NCBI GenBank assembly: GCA_965222615.1
Contig: CBDCUI010000009.1
Span: 960,001-1,024,000 of the forward strand
DNA length: 64,000 nt
Reading direction: 5' to 3'
Source of the DNA: Gammaproteobacteria bacterium
GTDB lineage: Bacteria; Pseudomonadota; Gammaproteobacteria; UBA4575
A program made the position numbers and the translations under genes. This document shows, one piece after another, positions 1 to 8,081 of the stretch. Each line of letters opens with the position of its first letter. Positions within the stretch are counted from its first letter, which is position 1. The notes beneath the pieces were generated by a model. That model saw only the letters and a list, made by a program, of their open reading frames with translations. It was not told where the DNA came from and did no database searches.

Positions 1-114
1 TACAGGATTATATTCCAGCAAAAAATGGTGTATCTCTATAATGGGCACAAATATGACAATCTTAAAGATGCGATGAGCTTTGCCAAATTAGATATGAAAT
101 CAAATAAAAATTAG
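1..114 (+). CDS. 3' end of small hypothetical protein (partial, starts before window)
   Basis: Frame 1 is open from base 1: YRIIFQQKMVYLYNGHKYDNLKDAMSFAKLDMKSNKN, TAG at 112-114; same strand as the next two ORFs. Confidence 0.5.
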   Translation, partial: YRIIFQQKMVYLYNGHKYDNLKDAMSFAKLDMKSNKN

Positions 115-147
115 AAAGTTCTTGAAAGGCATACTAAAGGGGACATT

Positions 148-537
148 ATGGAGCATATCAAAGATATTAAAATCAAAGGACTAGACCCAAAAAGAAAACC
201 CACGCTTAAAAATAAGAACTATGTAGATATAATTTTTGAGTTATCTCAAAAAGCCCCTCGAGATTGGTGTGCGGATTTCAATGTACTGGCTTCAAAAGAG
301 AGTCTTAATGCGAAAATTGATCCTAATGAGGGACTCTATGTTGAAACATGGGTGAGAAATATTAACGATATCCCACAAGAACTTGAACTTATTAAACAAC
401 TAATCATTATCTGTAGTAACTGCTTTATTGAACAGAAACAAGAAGAAGAACTAGCTTGGCAACAATCTGAAAGCACAAAAACCAATAGCCGAAGTGATGA
501 GTTGGAAACAATACTAGCAAGTCTTTCCTATGACTAA
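148..537 (+). CDS. hypothetical protein (129 aa)
   Basis: ORF with purine-rich RBS (aagggga) upstream; overlaps the start of the next ORF; no recognised domain. Confidence 0.65.
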   Translation: MEHIKDIKIKGLDPKRKPTLKNKNYVDIIFELSQKAPRDWCADFNVLASKESLNAKIDPNEGLYVETWVRNINDIPQELELIKQLIIICSNCFIEQKQEEELAWQQSESTKTNSRSDELETILASLSYD

Positions 538-784
538 TAATGCCTTGGGAAATTTTCAGCCTTATAGGCTTGTATCAATACAGAACACAGCTCCTCCAGC
601 CGGTGCATCAGGAAGCAATTGGTACTTTTATGAGATTGCTCAGGGCGCCAATCTCATTCATGGCTATCGGCAAGGAAGTCTGAAGGCTGTAACGATGTTG
701 GTGGAAGAAAATATTGCGTTGTTAAATCAACGCCAATTAGGAAAACGTGGGAATGACCATTTAAGGCAAAATTCTAAAAAGTAA
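530..784 (+). CDS. hypothetical protein (84 aa)
   Basis: 8-bp overlap with the preceding ORF suggests translational coupling; no recognised domain. Confidence 0.6.
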   Translation: MTNNALGNFQPYRLVSIQNTAPPAGASGSNWYFYEIAQGANLIHGYRQGSLKAVTMLVEENIALLNQRQLGKRGNDHLRQNSKK

Positions 785-844
785 TTTTGAAACTGACAGC
801 TTCTATTAAATAACCGTATATGGCCTCCCTCATAATGCAAGTAA

Positions 845-1050
845 AATATTGTTTGGCAAAGCAGGGTCGACTGCACACGTATATTCGGCCTCAATGGTTA
901 GCATACGTTGATGCTGGGCCATGATGGTGTATTCGCGCGCAAGCTCTCAATCGCTATTACGTACTGTACCGTACACGGACATTCTCGAGTTTCACTTGCA
1001 CCGGTTCAACCGGTTTACCATCTAATAGATTACTTCGCAATCGTGATGTG
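845..1050 (-). ncRNA. putative IS1111 bridge RNA / seekRNA (boundaries approximate)
   Basis: Minus strand reads ...CTCGAG-AATGTCCG-[hairpin]-AATAGCG-ATTGAG...TGCGCGCG-AATACACCATCAT-GGCC...GGCC-GAATATA-CGTGTGCA: two stem-closed loops whose unpaired segments match the empty target site and the circle junction. Confidence 0.75.
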
Positions 1051-1078
1051 AATTTCCTTAAGTATCGTTATTTTGTTT

Positions 1079-2113
1079 TTAGGTTACTGCCAACGCAGGA
1101 TCATAATCGGTTCCATTACGTAGCATGGCAAATGCCATGCGTACAGTTTTATTCGCCAGTGCCACCGCGGCCACATTCGTATGTTTTTGCTCTGCAAGAT
1201 TAGTCCCCCAGCGACTTAAACGATCCTCTTTATGTTTGGCTTGCGAGACCACAGCACGTGCTCCATGGATGAGTAAGGTGCGTAGATAGGCATCGCCACG
1301 TTTACTGATGCCGAGTAAATGTTCTTTGTTGCCTGAGCTATGTTGTCTGGGCGTTAACCCTAAAGATGCGGCCATCTGACGACTATTTCTATATTGTTTT
1401 GCATCCCCGACAGTTGCAATCAAAGCGGTGGCTACCATTGGTCCTACGCCACGTAATTGCTGTAACCGGGTTGTTACTTCGTTTTGTTTCGCGAAGTGTT
1501 CGATCGCTTGATCTAATTCTTGTACACGCTGATGTAATCCGATGAAATCATTCCACAGCCCTTGCAATAAAGACCGAAAACAATCCGTTAAACCATTCTC
1601 AGCATCTTCCAACCAAGTGGGAATTGTTTTGCGTAAGGTATGCAGTTGTTGTGGTGCGACCAGGCCGTATTCACTCACCAAGCCGCGTATTTGATTGGCT
1701 TTGGCGGTACGTTGTTGCACTAAAGTACTGCGAACACGATGCATGGCTTGAAGGTCTTGTTGTTCAATGCTCTTCATGGTTACAAATCGCATGTTAGGAC
1801 GACTCATGGCTTCACAGATCGCTTCAGCATCCTTGGCATCATTCTTGTTGCTTTTTACATAGGGCTTTACAAACTGGGGAGCAATGAGTTTTACGACATA
1901 GCCACGTTGTTTTAATATCCGTGCCCAGTGATGCGCACCGCTACAGGCTTCCATCCCAATCTCACAATCCGATTCGGCTGCAGCACACAACGTATCGATC
2001 CACTTACTTCGACTCAAGCGTCGTTTAAAAACACACTTTCCCGTGCGATCTACGCCGTGTAATTGAAAAACATTCTTTGCCAAATCGACACCCATGCGTG
2101 TAACCTTGTTCAT
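1079..2113 (-). CDS. IS110-family DEDD recombinase/transposase
   Basis: GVDLAK, GMEAC and KNDAKDA supply the DEDD RuvC-like tetrad; C-terminal GLTPRQHSSG carries the conserved Ser; GISKRGDAYLR motif. Confidence 0.95.
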   Translation of the reverse strand: MNKVTRMGVDLAKNVFQLHGVDRTGKCVFKRRLSRSKWIDTLCAAAESDCEIGMEACSGAHHWARILKQRGYVVKLIAPQFVKPYVKSNKNDAKDAEAICEAMSRPNMRFVTMKSIEQQDLQAMHRVRSTLVQQRTAKANQIRGLVSEYGLVAPQQLHTLRKTIPTWLEDAENGLTDCFRSLLQGLWNDFIGLHQRVQELDQAIEHFAKQNEVTTRLQQLRGVGPMVATALIATVGDAKQYRNSRQMAASLGLTPRQHSSGNKEHLLGISKRGDAYLRTLLIHGARAVVSQAKHKEDRLSRWGTNLAEQKHTNVAAVALANKTVRMAFAMLRNGTDYDPALAVT

Positions 2114-2206
2114 TGTATGGTCTCCTTCTTTTACTGACTGGTTATAATCGCTTCCAGTTTGGGCACATTGCGATGCCGTTTAAAGTAGAGGGAGGCCATA
2201 CCATTG

Positions 2207-2227
2207 CTATTGGCCGAATGCAGTCAT
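2207..2227. repeat. right part of a palindromic repeat interrupted by the IS1111 (left part 809-816)
   Basis: Joining the flanks gives AATAACCG|CTATTGGCCGAATGCAGTCAT, an imperfect hairpin. Confidence 0.6.
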
Positions 2228-2340
2228 AATTCAAGACAAAACCTGGTGTTATGCGCAAATGAATAGTGACGAAGTCACACAACTAGTTTTGCAAATTAAT
2301 AATGGCGAAGCCATGTATATTTGATGGCACAACGGATGAT

Positions 2341-2388
2341 AGGTCACATGTCACTTCGTAGTTATGATAACCACCATGGATGTGACCT
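2341..2388. repeat. short inverted repeat pair (REP-doublet-like)
   Basis: AGGTCACAT (2341-2349) and ATGTGACCT (2380-2388), perfect 9-bp IR. Confidence 0.4.
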
Positions 2389-2468
2389 GATACTACTCAA
2401 TTAACCGCTTGTAATTCGATTTTTAAATAAGAGCCTTGACCACTTTTGCTAGTAGTTTTTCAAATAAA

Positions 2469-2765
2469 TCAATAAGTAGTTTCTACTTGATTAGATACTT
2501 GTTTATCTTCTTCGACCTCTACAACTTCTAGTCTATATAATTTTTGATCCCAGACATCACCATGGTAGCTATTGACACTGTGCATAAGTTCATTACTACG
2601 TAAAAATACGTAGTCAATTCTGTCATTAGTCGAGTTTACGTACTCCATTAAGCCATCCATTTTAGAGTTCATTTCTTTTATCTTACTATTCAAATTCAGG
2701 TAAGGAAGAAATGCGCCAAAAGCAAAAGCAATAACTGCCACAAGAATTGTGTGTTTGTTTTTCAT
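2469..2765 (-). CDS. hypothetical membrane-anchored protein (98 aa)
   Basis: Basic N-terminus plus hydrophobic helix (ILVAVIAFAFGAFL), then a coiled-coil-like stretch. Confidence 0.6.
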   Translation of the reverse strand: MKNKHTILVAVIAFAFGAFLPYLNLNSKIKEMNSKMDGLMEYVNSTNDRIDYVFLRSNELMHSVNSYHGDVWDQKLYRLEVVEVEEDKQVSNQVETTY

Positions 2766-3094
2766 AATACTAATCCCTATTACGACCCACCGAACAGGTA
2801 AAAGAACCTGTAGACTATAAATTATTTTTAACCAAGGTTTTTATAAATTAGGTATAGAGTTATTCTACAACCCAACCTGGAGCAGGTATTCTACGCCTTA
2901 ATTAAAAAAAGTGGAATACGTATCATCTCGAAAATAAAAAAATTATTCTGAATATATTTTTTATTCTTTCTGTTATCCACTGCATCATTGCCAAAAAGGA
3001 TAATTGTCTCTTATAACTTTTTTTAATAGTTAATTAACTTTTGAATTTTAGATCTCAACTCACTAGTTAATCAGTATTTTGTAAGCTAGGTATT

Positions 3095-4051
3095 TTAAAT
3101 ATTAAACTCAGCCCATAAAGGACGATGATCGCTTAAATAGTAGCGCAGATATGCATTGAATTGCGCTTTTGACTTATTTTCCCACAAGGTTTTAAAAACA
3201 CCCCCATCAAAATCGAATACACCAATATTTCCTGTGAATTCTTCATCTGTTTTACCTGGTAAAAACATGATTTGATCGTACTCCGCATCCGTTGCAATAC
3301 TGGAAGCAATCTGCGTGGAGTGTGGCGGGCGTTGCAACCCTCTTTTGCGTAAAGCCGCATAGATCTTGTCACCCGGCTCTACTTTCGGAATATTAAAATC
3401 CCCCAAAACAATGATGTCTTCCACATAGGCGTTTTTACTTCTGCACCGCAAATCTGCCCATCGCGAGACCGCATAGGCTTCCAATGCCCTACGTTCTCGG
3501 TCTTTCTTTGAATCTTCCCCGAAAAACAAATGCACATTAACTAAAACAAATTCAAAAGTACCTGCACCAAAAGCCACCAAATAAGGGTTACGATCAAAGC
3601 CTTTAAATTTGCGTCGTATGCTCGGAAGTTTAATATAGTCTATATCTTTTGGAGCAACTGCAACCTCGCCAACCTTTTCCAACTGAGCGATTTTATTGCT
3701 ATCGTATAAATAGGCCATGCGCTCATCATTTCCTCCCTTATCCGAAAATGTAGCGTAATAGCTGTTAGGTAAATGTTTTTGAATACCACGTAGGCCGCTC
3801 AAATTATCTTTGACCTCTTGAAGCGCTATGATGTCGAACCAGCTAAGGATTTCTGCCAATAGTCGATAGTCTTTATCGCGGCGCTTTTGTTCACCAAGAT
3901 TGGCGATATTCCATGTGGCGATCAACAGTTTCTTGGTGGTCTTTTTGGGAATACTTCTCCCTGGTTTGGTATCCCGATAGTGACGTAATCTTTGAATTTC
4001 GATAGATGTCCTATAATTAAACCTAAAAGATGGTTTAGGAAAGGACGGCAT
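3095..4051 (-). CDS. endonuclease/exonuclease/phosphatase (EEP) family protein
   Basis: ATWNI, ALQEV, GDFN and SDHRP motifs. Confidence 0.85.
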   Translation of the reverse strand: MPSFPKPSFRFNYRTSIEIQRLRHYRDTKPGRSIPKKTTKKLLIATWNIANLGEQKRRDKDYRLLAEILSWFDIIALQEVKDNLSGLRGIQKHLPNSYYATFSDKGGNDERMAYLYDSNKIAQLEKVGEVAVAPKDIDYIKLPSIRRKFKGFDRNPYLVAFGAGTFEFVLVNVHLFFGEDSKKDRERRALEAYAVSRWADLRCRSKNAYVEDIIVLGDFNIPKVEPGDKIYAALRKRGLQRPPHSTQIASSIATDAEYDQIMFLPGKTDEEFTGNIGVFDFDGGVFKTLWENKSKAQFNAYLRYYLSDHRPLWAEFNI

Positions 4052-4105
4052 ACTTTTAGAGAACTAAATTCGACATGAGTATGCAGTAACTTGATATGAG
4101 CTATT

Positions 4106-4981
4106 TCAATCTAATCTAAGTTTACTTAAATATTCCTTAAAATCCTTACCTACTCTTGGATGTCTTAGGGCATATTCAACCGTGGCTTCTAAATAACCTT
4201 CCTTACTTCCACAGTCGTAACGCTTGCCTTTAAATTGATACGCCAATAGCTTTTCTTTTTTAGCTTGTTCGGCAAGTGCATCAGTCAATTGAATTTCTCC
4301 TCCTGCGCCTTTTTGCGTATTTTCCAAAATATCAAAAATCGACGGCTCTAAAATGTATCTTCCGACTACAGCTACATTCGAGGGGGCATCTTTCGGATCA
4401 GGCTTTTCAACAAAGGTATCTACATTCCATAAGTCATCGCTGATCTTTTCGCCAGAAATTACACCATAACTCTTAACTTCTTCTTGCTTCACCACTTGCA
4501 CTCCAACGACACCACAATCTTCTTTTTCATACACGTCTACCATTTGCGACAAACATCCAGAATTGTGATCATGTATAAGGTCATCTGCAAGTATCACTGC
4601 GAACGGATATTTGCCCACCACTGGTCTAGCACAATGCACCGCGTGACCCAAGCCTAATGGTTGAGACTGACGGATATATATGCAATTTACTTCGCTTGGC
4701 AAAACATTTTGCACCATCCCCAACATAGTATCTTTGCCATCTGCTTTGAGTTCAGACTCTAGCTCATAGGCCTTATCAAAATGATCTTCAATAGAACGCT
4801 TATTACGTCCAGTAATAAAAATCAACGTATCAATGCCTGCAGACACTGCCTCTTCAGCCGCATACTGAATGAGCGGCTTATCGACAACCGCAAGCATTTC
4901 TTTAGGATTGGCCTTTGTAGCAGGTAGAAAACGTGTTCCCATTCCAGCGACAGGAAATACAGCTTTACGGATTCTTTTCAC
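4106..4981 (-). CDS. galU: UTP-glucose-1-phosphate uridylyltransferase
   Basis: KAVFPVAGMGTRFLPATKANPKEML, VEKP, GAGGEIQLTD. Confidence 0.95.
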   Translation of the reverse strand: MKRIRKAVFPVAGMGTRFLPATKANPKEMLAVVDKPLIQYAAEEAVSAGIDTLIFITGRNKRSIEDHFDKAYELESELKADGKDTMLGMVQNVLPSEVNCIYIRQSQPLGLGHAVHCARPVVGKYPFAVILADDLIHDHNSGCLSQMVDVYEKEDCGVVGVQVVKQEEVKSYGVISGEKISDDLWNVDTFVEKPDPKDAPSNVAVVGRYILEPSIFDILENTQKGAGGEIQLTDALAEQAKKEKLLAYQFKGKRYDCGSKEGYLEATVEYALRHPRVGKDFKEYLSKLRLD

Positions 4982-5115
4982 GGTTTATTATTTTTTTATC
5001 TACGAAATTAATAGTTTAACACTGATATATAAACAAATAATTACAGCATTTATATACCATTACAACACTATTATCTGTGTAATTCGTCAAGGACGTGTAT
5101 TTAGCAGACGGCCTG

Positions 5116-5373
5116 TTAATCTCGTACGAGAATATCTTTTTGGTTCTTTTCTAGGGTTTTTGGACCAATTCCTTTCACTTTTGTAATCTCTTCAGGACTA
5201 AAAAAGGGACCATTGATCTTTCTATACTCGATGATAGCCAAAGCTTTTTTTGGGCCGACACCATGCAGATTTTGCTCAAGCTCTTCTGCACTTGCAGTAT
5301 TGATATTTACAGGATCCGCAAATACCTTAACCGCTATGAAAAAAAGTATGCTTGCAAGGATTATACGAAACAC
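5116..5373 (-). CDS. comEA: ComEA-family helix-hairpin-helix DNA-binding protein
   Basis: Signal peptide, VNINTASAEEL, GVGPKKA and VKGIGPKT. Confidence 0.85.
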   Translation of the reverse strand: MFRIILASILFFIAVKVFADPVNINTASAEELEQNLHGVGPKKALAIIEYRKINGPFFSPEEITKVKGIGPKTLEKNQKDILVRD

Positions 5374-5495
5374 CTAAGACACCCCAACTCACAAAATATT
5401 CTTTAAAACAAGAATATTATAAAGATTAATGATCGTGAAGCTACAGCCTAATCATGGCTAGTCTAGAATTTCTTGCAGTCTTATTACTTCATAAC

Positions 5496-6203
5496 TTAGG
5501 AATTACTAGAGCTCCAACTAGCAAGATATTGATTGATTGCAAAAATTGGGTCCTTTGCTTGGGTGATAGGCCGTCCTACAACAATATAATTTGCGCCTAA
5601 TTTTTGTGCCTGCTGCGGATTCGCCACTTGACTTTGGTCATTGTTAGTGTCATCGCTTAAACGTATCCCCGGTGTAACAATGATAGGAACATTGCCCCAT
5701 TTGCTCCTCACTGCTTGTGCCTCGTGTACAGAACACACTACTCCATCCATTTTTGCTTGCAGTGCAAGAGTTACAAGTCGCAGCACATAGTCTTTGCTTG
5801 ACTGTTGTATACCCATCATATCAATTTGCTGCTGATCTAACGAAGTTAACATGGTGACTGCAATCAACTTGGTTTGAGAACTTTCGGCTGACATTACATC
5901 ACGTGCGGCCTCTAACATTTTAGTTCCACCTGATGCATGTAAGGTCATCATCCATACGCCCAAGCTTGCAGCAGATTTACAAGCCGAGGCCACGGTATTG
6001 GGAATATCGTGAAGTTTAAGATCGAGAAAAACTTGATGGCCATCTTTCACAAGCTTTTCGACAAAGCCTGGCCCTTCAGAGATAAACAATTCGAGACCGA
6101 CTTTCAGTTTACAAGTTTGGCCTTGTATGCGTTCTAGAAATGTATTGGTTAATTTTGCATCTGGGAAATCGAGCGCAATGATGATAGGGGAATCTTCAGA
6201 CAT
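5496..6203 (-). CDS. pyrF: orotidine-5'-phosphate decarboxylase
   Basis: IIALD, FLDLKLHDIPNTV, VTPGIR, VVGRPIT. Confidence 0.95.
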   Translation of the reverse strand: MSEDSPIIIALDFPDAKLTNTFLERIQGQTCKLKVGLELFISEGPGFVEKLVKDGHQVFLDLKLHDIPNTVASACKSAASLGVWMMTLHASGGTKMLEAARDVMSAESSQTKLIAVTMLTSLDQQQIDMMGIQQSSKDYVLRLVTLALQAKMDGVVCSVHEAQAVRSKWGNVPIIVTPGIRLSDDTNNDQSQVANPQQAQKLGANYIVVGRPITQAKDPIFAINQYLASWSSSNS

Positions 6204-6233
6204 AATAGTATTTACCAGAACCAGAGACCTCTG

Positions 6234-7391
6234 CTAATTTAAGCTGGGCATAATGGGAACTACCGTCCCCCAATAGTGACAACTTGGACATTGCCAGTAC
6301 AGCGCCTTCCCATGAAACCCACATTGCTTACATTGGTGGGAGGCTCGCCCTCGAATAAAATTCTCCACACTGCTTTGCACCTTAGAAAGACCTAGCTCGC
6401 TAAGCGATTCATTTTTCACTTGTTTGTTTTTTAAAAACGCATTAACTTCAAGCAATGATAACTCTGATTTTTCCAGCAACCAATCTAAGATCATTTTCTT
6501 TTCTGTATCGTTATCAGAAAGGTTAGTTAAAAGTGCAGAAAGTGATATACCACTCAATTCTGAATCTTTAATGCTTGTTAGAAATTCTTTAAATCCAATG
6601 TAATCATTTTGGCGTAAAAAAGCCTCGCGCAGCTTCATAAATACTTCTGGCAAATATTCCGGGTTTTGTCTAGAAACTGCCTTATAGTGTTTGATTGCAG
6701 ACTTATAATTCCCTTCATGTATAGCAAAATTACCAAGCAATACATTTGCTCTAGCACAATTTTTATCATAAGCAAGGGCTTTTTTTGCCAATTTATTGGC
6801 GGAAATAATTCCATTATTTGGATCTTTGAATGCTAACTCGCTCAACTCGCAATAGTAATGAGCTGTGATCTGATTCATTTTCTTTCCACTTACTCTTTCT
6901 ATTTTTTTGGTGGTTTCAATCGCCTTTTCCCACTCTTTTTCTTGCTCATACAAACTTAGCAATAACGGATAAGCCTCATCTGTCTGTATACCTATTTCGA
7001 TTACGTCTTTAAATAGAGACTCTGCACGGTCAAGTAATCCAGCTTTGAGGTAGTCTTTAGCCAATTCAAGCAAAGCAGTAGATTTATATGTCGAATCTAG
7101 CGCCGGTCTAGCAATAAGATTCTGATGAATACGGATCGCTCTATCCACTTCTCCTCTACGACGAAACATATTACCCAAGACAAGATGGGTTTCAATTGTC
7201 TCAGAATCGACATCCACCAATTCTATAAATACTTCCAGTGCCTTATCTGGCTGTTCATTAAGTAAGTAATTTAAGCCTTTGAGATATTCACCAGGAATTT
7301 TTGGCTCAGACTTATTTTTATAAAAGATATAAGCGAGATACCAGCCGGCAGCTCCTGCCAATAGCAGTAGCAACCAATATATTTCAGGCAT
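6234..7391 (-). CDS. lapB: lipopolysaccharide assembly protein B
   Basis: N-terminal TM, YLKGLNYLLNEQPDKA, TPR repeats, C-terminal CxxC..CxxC rubredoxin; synteny with lapA/pyrF. Confidence 0.92.
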   Translation of the reverse strand: MPEIYWLLLLLAGAAGWYLAYIFYKNKSEPKIPGEYLKGLNYLLNEQPDKALEVFIELVDVDSETIETHLVLGNMFRRRGEVDRAIRIHQNLIARPALDSTYKSTALLELAKDYLKAGLLDRAESLFKDVIEIGIQTDEAYPLLLSLYEQEKEWEKAIETTKKIERVSGKKMNQITAHYYCELSELAFKDPNNGIISANKLAKKALAYDKNCARANVLLGNFAIHEGNYKSAIKHYKAVSRQNPEYLPEVFMKLREAFLRQNDYIGFKEFLTSIKDSELSGISLSALLTNLSDNDTEKKMILDWLLEKSELSLLEVNAFLKNKQVKNESLSELGLSKVQSSVENFIRGRASHQCKQCGFHGKALYWQCPSCHYWGTVVPIMPSLN

Positions 7392-7684
7392 TAGTGAGAA
7401 CTCTTAATCGGCAATTGTCGCAAATTGGCAACTTCCTGCTCAGCAACAGCAACTTTTTTAGCCAATGTCTTTGCACGTCTTTTATTCTTCAGTGCTAATT
7501 TAATACTAAAGAAAACGCCAACCACTGCACCCAATATAAAACTGACCATCAGCGCTACACTTAATGGTATTTGTACATTTTGTACAAGGAAATTAACTGT
7601 TATTGGCTCAAGATTTTCTAAAGAAAATACAAAGATAAGTAGAACAAGCGCAAGTGTTGCAATAAATATTAAAAAACGGAGCAT
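7391..7684 (-). CDS. lapA: lipopolysaccharide assembly protein A
   Basis: Two TM helices plus basic tail; lies between ihfB and lapB. Confidence 0.85.
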   Translation of the reverse strand: MLRFLIFIATLALVLLIFVFSLENLEPITVNFLVQNVQIPLSVALMVSFILGAVVGVFFSIKLALKNKRRAKTLAKKVAVAEQEVANLRQLPIKSSH

Positions 7685-7736
7685 CTAATTTTTATTGAGC
7701 AACTGCTGCCGCTGTTTACCCATGTTTCGTATCGTA

Positions 7737-8057
7737 TTACTGGCTGGTTAATGTTCTATTTACTCGCTCGCGCAACTCTTTGCCTGGTTTAAAGTGTGGC
7801 ACATGTTTGCCTGGTAATGATACAGCATCTCCAGTTTTTGGATTTCGCCCTATGCGTGGAGGTCTAAAATGTAGTGAAAAACTCCCAAAACCTCGAATTT
7901 CAATGCGATCCCCTTTAGACAATGACGTACTCATTTGCTCAATAATACTTTTAATTGATAACTCAATGTCTTTATGAGCAAGATGATTTTGCTTAAGTGA
8001 GATTTTTTCAATTAGTTCCGATTTAGTAATCATGCTTTTGTTTATTTCTATACTCAT
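7737..8057 (-). CDS. ihfB: integration host factor beta subunit
   Basis: [40 protein letters not shown]; follows rpsA. Confidence 0.95.
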   Translation of the reverse strand: MSIEINKSMITKSELIEKISLKQNHLAHKDIELSIKSIIEQMSTSLSKGDRIEIRGFGSFSLHFRPPRIGRNPKTGDAVSLPGKHVPHFKPGKELRERVNRTLTSQ

Positions 8058-8081
8058 GACATCCTCTTAATTGAAAGTAAT

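Larger units (their letters stand above)
817..2206 (-). mobile_element. IS110-family insertion sequence, IS1111 subgroup (~1390 bp)
   Basis: Perfect sub-terminal inverted repeats TATGGCCTCCCTC (819-831) / GAGGGAGGCCATA (2188-2200). The 12-bp IR core lies 7 bp from the left end and 3 bp from the right end (IS1111 geometry). Long non-coding region downstream of the transposase; no TSD, one ambiguous G at 816/2206. Confidence 0.9.

Noticed and set aside
799-816. Alternative IS boundary using a GCT direct repeat (799-801 / 2206-2208)
   Set aside because: Gives a poorer guide match (10/13 vs 11/13), breaks the 7+3 IR geometry, and loses the ATATAC donor match and the junction -10
808-2254. Empty IS site as an integron attC (AAATAAC ... 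GTTATGC about 57 bp apart)
   Set aside because: No complementary L''/L' boxes at the expected spacing and no integrase seen; the RNA guides match the palindromic repeat instead
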